The position numbers were made by a program, and so were the translations under genes. A stretch of 64,000 bases of DNA, from the NCBI GenBank assembly GCA_016841185.1, contig JAENZQ010000017.1, positions 6,121 to 70,120 of the forward strand. The letters are read 5' to 3'. The stretch comes from Anaerovorax odorimutans. Lineage in GTDB: Bacteria > Bacillota > Clostridia > Peptostreptococcales > JAAYPU01. A model generated the notes under the pieces. The model saw only the letters and a program-made list of their open reading frames with translations, was not told the origin of the DNA and did not search any database. Shown one piece after another: positions 56,801-64,000 of this stretch. The stretch's first letter is position 1. Every line of letters begins with the position of its first letter.

Positions 56801-57344
56801 AATGATCGGATATGAACTGTACTGTAAATTACTGGACGAGACAGTCAGGGAATTGAAAGGAGAAGCCTTTACCCGGCATGATGAGGTTTCCATAGAAATT
56901 GAGACAAATGCCTATATTCCTAAGAAGTATATACATGATGAAATAATAAAGGTAGAAGTGTATAAAAGAATCGCTTCTATTCGCAGTAAAGAGGAAATGT
57001 CTGAAATTGAAGATGAGCTGGTTGATAGATTTGGTGATCTTCCGGTAGAAATGTATAATTTAATGAAAATCGCATATATCAAATTTCTTGCAGAAAAGGC
57101 AGGAGTTTCAAGAATAAAAGAAGACAGAGGCCGAATTATTTTTGAGTTTTATGAAAATAATGTATTAAAACCCTATTTGATCAATGGATTAGCTATGGAG
57201 TACGGAACAAGAATACACATCAATGCGGGGAAAAAACCATTTATTAAATTTTCCTACAGACAATTTAACAGCAGATTAAACGAACTTATACTTTTTACGG
57301 AAAAGGTAATAGAACTGTTTGAAAAAGGATTACAATTGAATTAA
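53826..57344 (+). CDS. mfd: Transcription-repair coupling factor
   Basis: UvrB-homology N-terminus, CarD-like domain, and helicase motifs GDVGYGKTEVA, DEEQKFG and C-terminal TRCF. Start ATG 53826 after GGTGA (track 53802). Confidence 0.92.
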   Translation: MIGRFFVEETCNAHVVKSFEPYLMSGKDIINAAGFSESRLAHIAAYLSENSNRQCLIITSNESHAKRLSEDISFFTEKKVYYLPGQEPVFFRYDAKSHNLLEQRLNAVINILKGEAAIIVSSIDGALKKMVPKEAFKSNVLNLQTGDDISQDKLQEKLMLLGYERSHQVEAKGQYSIRGGIVDIFPVDASEPYRIEFFDTEIDSIRTFDTSTQRSIKNVRDLSAYPAQELVADEDAFREAACKIEAYYDNQIKKLKSSEKLQQKKDQLLEFVHTRTNLQILENHIHYFYDRVEYLLDYMDRDTLIMIDDPDRIGDKIQNTYKETHEDFKYLLEKGEVIPYDFNIIPSFNDYQQMIRERLVFLFTPFIKGNNSDFKFSEILNISTKSVPAFQGRMDMFKDELDRYARKGYKIFITCSTKERMNNIKEFIERNHQNCTLYTSSLNWMDQGQIVVGEGSLSTGFEYLEDKIIMITDSDIFANAKIRRNKPVNKDVKPIKVFTDLKPGDYVVHENHGIGRYLGIEQLDIQNTKKDYFKIKYAGEDMLYVPVEQMNLVQKYIGADSGVPRINKLSSVEWKKTKARVKGAIIDMAKDLLQLSAIRHSSKGYAFSQDTPWQKDFEDAFPYEETADQLKCAEEIKKDMQKDIPMDRLLCGDVGYGKTEVAARAVFKCIVDGKQAAVLVPTTILANQHYTTFLDRFAKFPFNIEMLSRFRTDKEQRQIIKKVEDGSIDILIGTHRLLSEDIKFKDLGLLIIDEEQKFGVQHKEVIKKMKQNVDVLTLSATPIPRTLHMSLIGLRDMSTIEDPPEERFPVQTFVVEYEEEIIKEAILREVERGGQVFFVYNRVRGIRRISAHLQELIPEVSIAVAHGQMNEKELENIMISFMNRKYDVLVCTTIIESGIDIQNTNTIIIYDADKFGLSQLYQLRGRVGRSNRMAYAYFAYQKDKVLTEQSEKRLKAIKEFTEFGSGFKIAMRDLEIRGAGNLLGVEQHGHLVMIGYELYCKLLDETVRELKGEAFTRHDEVSIEIETNAYIPKKYIHDEIIKVEVYKRIASIRSKEEMSEIEDELVDRFGDLPVEMYNLMKIAYIKFLAEKAGVSRIKEDRGRIIFEFYENNVLKPYLINGLAMEYGTRIHINAGKKPFIKFSYRQFNSRLNELILFTEKVIELFEKGLQLN

Positions 57345-57468
57345 AGGATTTGTAACCTCCTTAATAGGCAGATTATTATGGAAAATAATAATCAATAAAC
57401 AGTTTATCAATTAGAAAAAGTATTATATAATAGTGAAGTTGATAAAGCGAACTGAAAGGAGCATGCAA

Positions 57469-58383
57469 ATGATAAAAAGACAATTATTCATATTCACATT
57501 GATTTGCTTTTTAATATTATCTGTTACGGCTTGTGCCGCACCATCTGAAGAAAATGTAGTGGCTAAAATAAATGAAAGGACAGTTACTTATGGTCAATTC
57601 AGTAAATATTATATACTTCTAACAGGCTCCAAACCGGATGCCGGGGAGGATAGTGAAGAAACACAGCAGTTAAAGAGTAATGTGCTGGATAAAATAGTTG
57701 AGTTGGAAATCATAAAAGATTACCTGACACAGAATAATATCTCAATCGATACGGTTGAAATGGAAAAACAGTATACTGCATATAAGGATTCTATTAAGGA
57801 TGATGCAGACGCACAAAAGTTTTTAGAAGAAAATAGTATCAGTGATGAATTTTTGAAGCAAGTTATTTCTGACCAGTTTTATGTAGAGAAATTTAGCAAT
57901 ACCATTGTTGAAGAGATAGAAGATCCTGAAACAGAAGCAGAGAAATATTATGACAGCCATAAAGACCAGTTTTTTTTAGATCAGGTAAAAGCAAGCCATA
58001 TTCTGGTTAAAACGAAAGAAGAAGCAGAAGAAATAAAGCAAAAGCTGGATACAGGAGATAATTTTGAGGAACTGGCAAAAGAACATTCTATTGACGGATC
58101 CGCCCAAGCCGGAGGGGATTTAGGTTACTTTTCAAAGGGCAGAATGGTTAAACCTTTTGAGGATGCCGCATTTGCTCTGGAAATAGGCGAAATTAGTGAC
58201 ATTGTTCAAAGTCAGTTTGGATTTCACATTATAAAAGTAACGGATAAGATCAATGAAATGCCGTCTTTAGATGAAATCTACAACCAGGTGCTTACTGCAA
58301 TGTATAATGATTATGCCCTACAGCGGCTGGACGAAATAAAATCCACTATGACAATAGAAAAATATCCGAAAAAATTAAGTTAG
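57469..58383 (+). CDS. prsA: Peptidyl-prolyl isomerase lipoprotein (parvulin, PrsA-like foldase)
   Basis: Lipobox LSVTAC. Parvulin domain ASHILV...GGDLGYF...FGFHIIKV. GAAAGGAG SD before ATG 57469. Confidence 0.85.
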   Translation: MIKRQLFIFTLICFLILSVTACAAPSEENVVAKINERTVTYGQFSKYYILLTGSKPDAGEDSEETQQLKSNVLDKIVELEIIKDYLTQNNISIDTVEMEKQYTAYKDSIKDDADAQKFLEENSISDEFLKQVISDQFYVEKFSNTIVEEIEDPETEAEKYYDSHKDQFFLDQVKASHILVKTKEEAEEIKQKLDTGDNFEELAKEHSIDGSAQAGGDLGYFSKGRMVKPFEDAAFALEIGEISDIVQSQFGFHIIKVTDKINEMPSLDEIYNQVLTAMYNDYALQRLDEIKSTMTIEKYPKKLS

Positions 58384-58414
58384 TTATAAATTTAAGAATA
58401 TTATGACTTGCTGC

Positions 58415-58470
58415 GAGGAGACAGTATGCGGGTATCTGCCGCATGACGGTCTTCTTGTTTTATTTTTGTT
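58415..58470 (+). terminator. Terminator after prsA
   Basis: GAGGAGAC..ATGCGG-loop-CCGCAT..GTCTTCTT composite stem followed by GTTTTATTTTTGTTT. Confidence 0.65.
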
Positions 58471-58505
58471 TGAATTTTCGGAATTGTTTGTTTTATTTTT
58501 TTTGT

Positions 58506-58533
58506 TTGACAATGAAAAATAATGTGTTAAAAT
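58506..58533 (+). promoter_or_regulatory. Sigma-A promoter with extended -10
   Basis: TTGACA - 16 nt (ending TGT) - TAAAAT. Confidence 0.55.
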
Positions 58534-58546
58534 CTTTTAGGTTGGA

Positions 58547-58580
58547 AATAATAGGCATATATGCATATATGCCTATTATT
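58547..58580. repeat. Perfect 34-bp palindrome in the 5' leader of the SLT gene
   Basis: AATAATAGGCATATATGCATATATGCCTATTATT equals its own reverse complement. Lies between the promoter (58506-58533) and the SD (58589-58596). Confidence 0.85.
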
Positions 58581-58596
58581 ATTGTTGTAAGGAAGG

Positions 58597-59298
58597 ATGG
58601 ATACCATGGATTTGGTAAAAGGAAATAGCCACTACAGAATATTCTATATTTTGGTGTTTATTTTATTATTTATATTATTAATGGAGACCGGCATGTCTGT
58701 TTGCCAGCCTGTTGCAGCTAAACCTATGACTCAAGCTGAAAAACAGGAACAGCTGATGAATCACAAGATCACAGATGTAAATCCGGAGCTTGTACGTCAA
58801 AAATATGTGGCATTAGATCAGGAAGAAGATGTTAAGCTTGTTTCGGATATAGAATCTAATACATCTCTTGACTTTGATTCGGCTTATGTCCTTGTTGCGT
58901 ATGCAAGGAAATTTGATATCAGGCCTTCTCTGCTCCTATCAATGATAGAACTTGAAAGCAATTTTGATCAGTATTGCGTAGGGACACATCAGGACAGAGG
59001 TTTTCTTCAGATCATTCCTCCGACGGAGAAGTGGCTGGCAGAAGTGTTTGGAGAGGAATTAAATATCGAGTATGATCCGGATAAGATATTTGAGCCGGAT
59101 TACAATATCGGACTGGGTGCAGCCTATATTCACCTTCTGAAAGAGGCTTACGGAGATGATATCAACAGGATACTTTCGGAATACAACCGAGGCCCTTATA
59201 ATCTAAAAAAATATTTTGATGCAAATCATACATATGAAACGACTTATTCCCGAAGCATTTTATCGAGAGAGAAAAAATATGAACAATTTAACAGGTAA
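58597..59298 (+). CDS. Lytic transglycosylase (SLT domain) protein with N-terminal TM/signal anchor
   Basis: Catalytic-Glu context SMIELESNF, plus GFLQI and AYIHLL...YNRGPYN. The start may be the second ATG at 58606. Confidence 0.85.
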   Translation: MDTMDLVKGNSHYRIFYILVFILLFILLMETGMSVCQPVAAKPMTQAEKQEQLMNHKITDVNPELVRQKYVALDQEEDVKLVSDIESNTSLDFDSAYVLVAYARKFDIRPSLLLSMIELESNFDQYCVGTHQDRGFLQIIPPTEKWLAEVFGEELNIEYDPDKIFEPDYNIGLGAAYIHLLKEAYGDDINRILSEYNRGPYNLKKYFDANHTYETTYSRSILSREKKYEQFNR

Positions 59299-59305
59299 AA
59301 ATTTT

Positions 59306-59335
59306 GGTGTCAGTGTTATACTGGCTCCTTTTTTT
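59306..59335 (+). terminator. Terminator after the SLT gene
   Basis: GGTGTCAGT-GTTAT-ACTGGCTCC followed by TTTTTTT. Confidence 0.6.
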
Positions 59336-59367
59336 GACCGTTTCTTTGAGATATATTAAAACGGCCT

Positions 59368-59397
59368 GTATAAAAAAAAGAGTTTGGTAAAATAATA
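59368..59397 (+). promoter_or_regulatory. Sigma-G/F-like promoter candidate for spoVT
   Basis: GTATA - 18 nt - AATAATA compared with the consensus GHATR - 17/18 nt - CATXHTA (first base mismatched). spoVT is sigma-G dependent in B. subtilis. Confidence 0.3.
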
Positions 59398-59448
59398 TAT
59401 TTAAGGAAAATTAGAATGAAAAAGAAAATTTCCTGGAGGAGGTTTAAA

Positions 59449-60000
59449 ATGAAAGCTACAGGTATTGTAAGACGTATTGATGACTTGGGTCGAGTCGTTA
59501 TTCCAAAAGAAATAAGAAGGACTCTCAGGATTCGTGAAGGAGATCCTCTTGAAATATTCACTGATAGAGATGGAGAGGTTATTTTGAAGAAATATTCACC
59601 CATCAGCGAGCTGAATGAATTTGCCAATGAATATGCTGAATCTGTTTATGATATTTTAGGCAATATTACCATTGTTACAGATACGGATCAGGTAATAGCA
59701 GTTGCAGGCGGTGCTAAAAAAAGTTTTGTTGATAAAAGAATCAGTAAAGAAGTGGAAAAAAGTATCTTGTCAAAATCGGCCCAAGTTATAAATGATAAAG
59801 AAAAGGTACTTCCTGTTATATCTGAAAATGTAGATGAGTTTAATTTTGATTCTCAGATTATAGTGCCAATTATTTCTCAGGGTGACACCATCGGATCTAT
59901 TATATTTCTTTCCAAAGAAGGGGGAAAAACTTTGGGAGATACCGAACTGAAGGTGGCAGAAACCGGTGCAAGCTTTTTAGCCAAACAGATGGAACAGTAA
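59449..60000 (+). CDS. spoVT: Stage V sporulation protein T (AbrB-family regulator)
   Basis: MKATGIVRRIDDLGRVVIPKEIRRTLRIREGDPLEIF SpoVT/AbrB domain plus a GAF-like C-terminus. GGAGGAGG SD before ATG 59449. Confidence 0.93.
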   Translation: MKATGIVRRIDDLGRVVIPKEIRRTLRIREGDPLEIFTDRDGEVILKKYSPISELNEFANEYAESVYDILGNITIVTDTDQVIAVAGGAKKSFVDKRISKEVEKSILSKSAQVINDKEKVLPVISENVDEFNFDSQIIVPIISQGDTIGSIIFLSKEGGKTLGDTELKVAETGASFLAKQMEQ

Positions 60001-60026
60001 AGTAAGCTAAAATAAATATAAGTCTC

Positions 60027-60062
60027 AAAAAATCTTTAGGTAAACCTAAAGATTTTTTAATG
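60027..60062 (+). terminator. Terminator after spoVT
   Basis: AAAAAATCTTTAGG-TAAA-CCTAAAGATTTTTT. Confidence 0.8.
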
Positions 60063-60162
60063 ATTCATAGTACTGCTGATTTTTTTTGATATAATATGAA
60101 TATTGATGCTAATATAATAAATTAGGTCCTAATTTATTCTCTCAATTTTAATGGAGGACAAT

Positions 60163-61770
60163 ATGAGTAGAAAGACATTCCTGCAAGGTGCAATAATATT
60201 AGGTGCAGCCGGTATTATCGTTAAAGTTTTAGGTGCATTTTTCAGAATTCCTCTGGCCAATATGATAGGCGATGACGGAATGGGATATTACCAGACGGCG
60301 TATCCAATATATGTTTTCCTTTTGGTATTATCAACAGCAGGATTTCCGACAGCAATATCAAAAATAGTATCGGAAAAAAATGCAATCGGAAACAGGTACG
60401 GTGCTCACCGTGTATTCAAGATATCCTTTATACTGATGTTTACCATTGGTATCGTTACATCATCAATATTATTCTTCGGTGCAAAATACATTGTTCAGAT
60501 ATTGAAAAATCCTGGTGCCTATTATTCCATGCTGGCAATTGCTCCTGCTCTTCTCTTTACACCTATAATGGCTGCTTACAGAGGATATTTTCAAGGGCTT
60601 CAGGATATGAAGCCAACAGCAGTATCACAAGTCATTGAACAATTTGTCAGAGTTGCAACAGGGTTTTCGCTTGCCTTTTTACTGGTATCTAAAGGTTTGG
60701 AGTACGCAGCCGCAGGCGCATCTTTTGGTGCGGCAGCGGGGGCCGTCGGCGGGGCTATTTTGTTGATTTGGATATACCTTGGAAGAAGAAAAAACATAAG
60801 TCGGGAAATCGAACAATCTTCACGTTTTGTGACTGAAAGTGCCGGTAAAATACTTAAACGGGTTTTTATTATCGCAATTCCCATTACAATAGGTGCTGCA
60901 ATCATGCCGATCATGAATATGATAGACGTTGCAATAGTCATGAGAAGGCTCCAGAGTGTCGGATTTTCTGCTGAAACGGCAAACAGCCTCTATGGCCAGC
61001 TCACAGGTATGGCAGGTCCTATTATCAATTTTCCTCAGGTGCTTTCTATGGGAATCGCCATGAGTCTGGTCCCGGTCATATCAGATGCTTTTGAAAGGCG
61101 AGACCATAGCTTTTTAAGGTACAATGTGGAATCCGGGATTAGAATTTCCATGCTGATAGGGCTTCCCAGTGCTTTCGGCATTATGGCATTATCTGAGCAA
61201 ATCATGCTTCTTTTATATCCCATGCAAAAGGCCAGTGCTGTTAGTGCTGCTTCAAGCCTTTCAATTCTGGCTTTTGGTGTCATTTTTTTAACTCTGGTCC
61301 AGACGCTGACCGGTATTCTACAGGGACTGGGAAAGCCTTCCATACCGGTTATCAATTTACTTATCGGAGGTACTTTAAAAATCACCACTACATACATTCT
61401 GACAGGGATACCCTCCATCAATATCAAAGGTGCGGCTACAGGTACATTGGTTGCATATATAACTGCTACCATTCTTAATTTATTTGCAGTGAAAAAGTAT
61501 ACCGGTGCCAGGCTCAATATGAACTTAACCGTTATACGGCCGTTGATTTCTGTAATCGTCATGACTATAGCGGTTGTAGGTAGTTTCAGTATATTTTCAA
61601 ATATAACAAGTTCAAATATGGCAACGGCCATATCCATTCTTATAGGCGTACTGATTTACGGATTTGTATTGATTGCTGTCAAAGCTCTGACTTATGAAGA
61701 TTTAGAAATGCTGCCCAAAGGCAGGAAGCTGGCCCAACTTCTCTTGAAATTAAAACTTTTGTCTAAATAG
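60163..61770 (+). CDS. spoVB: Stage V sporulation protein B / MOP-superfamily (MurJ-like) flippase
   Basis: 14-TM protein. N-terminus KTFLQGAIILGAAGIIVKVLGAFFRIPLANMIGDDGMGYYQTAYP is like SpoVB. Sits after spoVT. Confidence 0.8.
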   Translation: MSRKTFLQGAIILGAAGIIVKVLGAFFRIPLANMIGDDGMGYYQTAYPIYVFLLVLSTAGFPTAISKIVSEKNAIGNRYGAHRVFKISFILMFTIGIVTSSILFFGAKYIVQILKNPGAYYSMLAIAPALLFTPIMAAYRGYFQGLQDMKPTAVSQVIEQFVRVATGFSLAFLLVSKGLEYAAAGASFGAAAGAVGGAILLIWIYLGRRKNISREIEQSSRFVTESAGKILKRVFIIAIPITIGAAIMPIMNMIDVAIVMRRLQSVGFSAETANSLYGQLTGMAGPIINFPQVLSMGIAMSLVPVISDAFERRDHSFLRYNVESGIRISMLIGLPSAFGIMALSEQIMLLLYPMQKASAVSAASSLSILAFGVIFLTLVQTLTGILQGLGKPSIPVINLLIGGTLKITTTYILTGIPSINIKGAATGTLVAYITATILNLFAVKKYTGARLNMNLTVIRPLISVIVMTIAVVGSFSIFSNITSSNMATAISILIGVLIYGFVLIAVKALTYEDLEMLPKGRKLAQLLLKLKLLSK

Positions 61771-61906
61771 AAAAAAGAGAATGTCTAATGTATAAAATAG
61801 ATTATAAAAATCGGACAAGGATGTGTTTCAGATGAAAGAGGAAGTAAATAACAAAAAATGTATATACCATACGAACAATGATAATAATAAAAATACGGGA
61901 AAATGC

Positions 61907-62671
61907 ATGGAAGACTTTGTTGAGATCTTAAAACAGTTGAGAGGAGAGAATGGGTGTCCATGGGACAGAGAACAGACACATGAAAGCTTAAAGCCTTGTC
62001 TTATAGAAGAAACCTATGAGGTTATCGATGCCATTGATAAAAAGGACAAAGAATCCCTTAGAGAAGAGTTAGGTGACTTATTGCTTCAGGTTGTATTTCA
62101 TGCCAATCTGGCTGAAGAGCAGGGGTGGTTTGATCTTAAGGATGTCATTGAAAATGTATCAAGAAAGATGATTTACAGGCACCCTCATGTTTTCAGTGAT
62201 TCTAATGCGGAGGATTTAACACAGGCATTAAGTACATGGGAAAAAATGAAAAAGAAAGAGAAAGAGACTACTTCCTATACACAGGCCATGCAGGACATAC
62301 CCGATGCGCTTCCCGCGTTAATGAAAAGTTATAAAGTCCAGAAAAAAGCTGCAGATGCCGGGTTTGATTGGGATACCATAAAAGGTGCATTTGATAAAAT
62401 AAAGGAAGAGACAGATGAATTAATGGAAATTTCAAATCATCAGGACCATGAAAAGCAGAAAGAAGAAATTGGAGATCTGTTATTTTCAGTGGTCAATGCT
62501 TCCCGGTTTTTGGATATCGACCCGGAAGATGCTTTGAGCAACACTATTCGTAAATTCATTAGTCGATTTTCGTATATTGAAAGTGCAGCAGAACATAATG
62601 GGAAAAAATTAAAAGAAATGAATTTAGATGAAATGGATGCTCTTTGGGAGCAATCAAAAAAATTTTTTTAG
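61907..62671 (+). CDS. mazG: Nucleoside triphosphate pyrophosphohydrolase MazG (tandem MazG domains)
   Basis: Motifs CPWDREQTHESL, EETYEV and EEIGDLLF. Start is uncertain: ATG 61907 is favoured, since the upstream extension from 61832 is low-complexity. Confidence 0.85.
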   Translation: MEDFVEILKQLRGENGCPWDREQTHESLKPCLIEETYEVIDAIDKKDKESLREELGDLLLQVVFHANLAEEQGWFDLKDVIENVSRKMIYRHPHVFSDSNAEDLTQALSTWEKMKKKEKETTSYTQAMQDIPDALPALMKSYKVQKKAADAGFDWDTIKGAFDKIKEETDELMEISNHQDHEKQKEEIGDLLFSVVNASRFLDIDPEDALSNTIRKFISRFSYIESAAEHNGKKLKEMNLDEMDALWEQSKKFF

Positions 62672-62774
62672 AAAAAATGACAAAAAAGAAGGATTTTTTT
62701 AACAAAGAGAGAATAGTTAATAATGATATTTGCCTATTTTTAAAAGGATTCTTAAATATAAGGAGGTTAATTTT

Positions 62775-63053
62775 GTGAACAAAGCTGAATTAGTTGCTAA
62801 TGTAGCAGAAAAAACTGGTTTTACCAAGAAAGATGCTGAAGCTGCAGTGAATGCATTTATTGCAAGCGTGGAAGGCGCACTGGTTTCAGGCGACAAAGTA
62901 CAGTTGATTGGTTTTGGTACTTTTGAAGTAAGAGAAAGAAAAGCAAGACAAGGGAGAAACCCGAGAAAACCTGGCGAAGTTATTAAAATTCCTGCATCAA
63001 AGGCACCTGTATTTAAAGCAGGAAAAGCTTTAAAAGATTCTGTAAACAAATAA
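62775..63053 (+). CDS. hup: DNA-binding protein HU
   Basis: Motif [27 protein letters not shown]...[30 protein letters not shown] then 8 nt then GTG 62775. Confidence 0.93.
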   Translation: MNKAELVANVAEKTGFTKKDAEAAVNAFIASVEGALVSGDKVQLIGFGTFEVRERKARQGRNPRKPGEVIKIPASKAPVFKAGKALKDSVNK

Positions 63054-63063
63054 TAGTAAGGAT

Positions 63064-63094
63064 AAGCAGCCGCCAGGCTGCTTTTTCTTTTCTT
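63064..63094 (+). terminator. Terminator after hup
   Basis: AAGCAGCC-GCCA-GGCTGCTT followed by TTTCTTTTCTTT. Confidence 0.8.
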
Positions 63095-63124
63095 TATATT
63101 TTTATATATAGTGAGGTGTTATTT

Positions 63125-63367
63125 TTGAGAATAGATAAATTTTTGAAGAATTCAAGACTTATTAAAAGAAGAACCATTGCAAAAGAAGCGTGTGATCAGG
63201 GACGTGTACTTGTTAACGGCAAACCTGCAAAGCCGGGAAACGATATTGTAACAGGAGATATGATTACCATTTTATTCGGCGGTTCACAGATGAAAGTTCG
63301 TGTAAAAGAATTATCAGAACATGTCACAAAGGAATCAGCAGGTGAAATGTATGAAATTGTCGAGTGA
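63125..63367 (+). CDS. yabO: RNA-binding S4 domain protein (YabO/Hsp15-like)
   Basis: RIDKFLKNSRLIKRRTIAKEACDQGRVLVNGKPAKP. GTGAGGTG SD before TTG 63125. The stop codon lies inside repeat copy 3. Confidence 0.85.
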   Translation: MRIDKFLKNSRLIKRRTIAKEACDQGRVLVNGKPAKPGNDIVTGDMITILFGGSQMKVRVKELSEHVTKESAGEMYEIVE

Positions 63368-63440
63368 AACGGAAGGGACGGTTCTTTTTGTTTACCTTTC
63401 CCAGACTTGAGTAAACAAAAAGAACCGTCCCTTCCGTTTC
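63364..63440. repeat. Palindromic intergenic repeat, copy 3 (cleanest)
   Basis: GTGAAACGGAAGGGACGGTTCTTTTTGTTTAC (63364-63395), a 15-nt loop, then GTAAACAAAAAGAACCGTCCCTTCCGTTTC (63411-63440). Essentially perfect 29-30 bp stem between convergent genes. Confidence 0.9.
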
Positions 63441-63447
63441 GAGGCCG

Positions 63448-64000
63448 TTATTCTTTTATTACATTAAAGTTATCGCTTAATATCAGCCAGTTTTGAGGGA
63501 AATCATATCCCAGTTCCCAATAAAAAGCACCTCTCAGATTATACGCTTTTATAAGAGCATATTTTGCCTGAACGCTTCTTGCATCTTCAAACCATACAAC
63601 ATGCTGTTTTCCAGACCGATCATAGTAATAGAAATAAGGCGCCTGGCTTTCCATATCATATCGAATAACAGCTCCGTTTTGGGCTGCTGTAATAATAGCT
63701 TCCTGAGGGCTCAGAAGCTTTGCCCATTGCCCGCCCCGGACATAAGGCAGCGTCCAGTCATATCCATATAAAGGAATACCCATCATGATTTTATTTCTTG
63801 GAATAACAGAGACTGCAAAATTCAATACACGCCTTACCTCATCAATAGGTGCAACTGCCATTGGAGGCCCGCCGGACCAGCCCCATTCATAAGTCATAAT
63901 CATAACAAAGTCTACAACTTCACCAATGGCTTCATAGTCATGGCCTTCATAAAGAGTTCCGGTTTGAGCTTCCGATAATTTAGGCGCTAAGGCAGCTGAA
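63448..64000 (-). CDS. Glycoside hydrolase family 18 protein (YaaH/SleL-like), N-terminus outside window
   Basis: The frame stays open to nt 64000 upstream of the track's Met (…GEVVDFVMIMTYEWGW…), so it is 5'-truncated. Motifs GIPLYGYDW and RGAFYWELG. Confidence 0.8.
   Translation of the reverse strand, partial: SAALAPKLSEAQTGTLYEGHDYEAIGEVVDFVMIMTYEWGWSGGPPMAVAPIDEVRRVLNFAVSVIPRNKIMMGIPLYGYDWTLPYVRGGQWAKLLSPQEAIITAAQNGAVIRYDMESQAPYFYYYDRSGKQHVVWFEDARSVQAKYALIKAYNLRGAFYWELGYDFPQNWLILSDNFNVIKE

Noticed and set aside
58443-58628. 61-aa ORF (MTVFLFYFCLNF...) and the 6-codon mini-ORF at 58425-58445.
   Set aside because: Both lie within the prsA terminator and T-rich tract and the SLT promoter/palindrome. 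The Phe/Leu-rich composition reflects the T runs.
59316-59627. 103-aa minus-strand ORF overlapping the spoVT start.
   Set aside because: It is antisense to spoVT and its promoter and terminator region. It has no SD and no similarity.

Overview
AT-rich, Clostridia-type chromosomal segment made mostly of conserved housekeeping and sporulation genes. I see no rRNA, tRNA, CRISPR array, transposase, integrase or phage genes.

Gene order:
- 5'-truncated sensor kinase.
- Five-gene minus-strand module: IclR regulator, unknown protein, M20 peptidase, YfcC-type carrier, family III CoA-transferase.
- AspC-type aminotransferase.
- Three-gene NuoE / NuoF-GltD / HydA-like operon.
- trmB and nrdDG.
- Several cell-wall enzymes: three YkuD L,D-transpeptidases, a DUF4015-type hydrolase, an M23 peptidase, an SLT and a GH18.
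- Fe-alcohol dehydrogenase and an AEC transporter.
- queT behind a preQ1-I riboswitch.
- spoIIID, mreB, fabZ, phosphohexomutase, a Cof phosphatase, a THUMP methyltransferase, DUF1836 and an AI-2E transporter.
- ahcY-mtaD, a PLC-like protein, an aminotransferase, thrC, tex, a HAD hydrolase and an amidohydrolase.
- The classic block murC / purR-spoVG-glmU-prs-pth-mfd-prsA-SLT-spoVT-spoVB-mazG-hup-yabO.
- 5'-truncated GH18 gene.

Most notable observations:
1. The 'hydrogenase' operon has a NuoF::GltD fusion subunit. Its HydA-like subunit has the H-cluster L1 motif TSCSPGW instead of TSCCPxW. This fits a Sporomusa-type Nfn (Stn) transhydrogenase better than a true hydrogenase.
2. Two families of long hairpin repeats are present. 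One is a 58-bp element in identical direct copies on both sides of the five-gene module. The other is a roughly 80-140 bp palindromic element at three loci, and two of those copies supply the stop codon of the upstream gene.
3. Several unannotated small Cys-rich or hydrophobic ORFs have strong ribosome-binding sites.
4. Intergenic DNA holds odd short tandem repeats and perfect palindromes.

I found nothing resembling a self-contained novel defence or mobile system. Much of the window is ordinary core genome.
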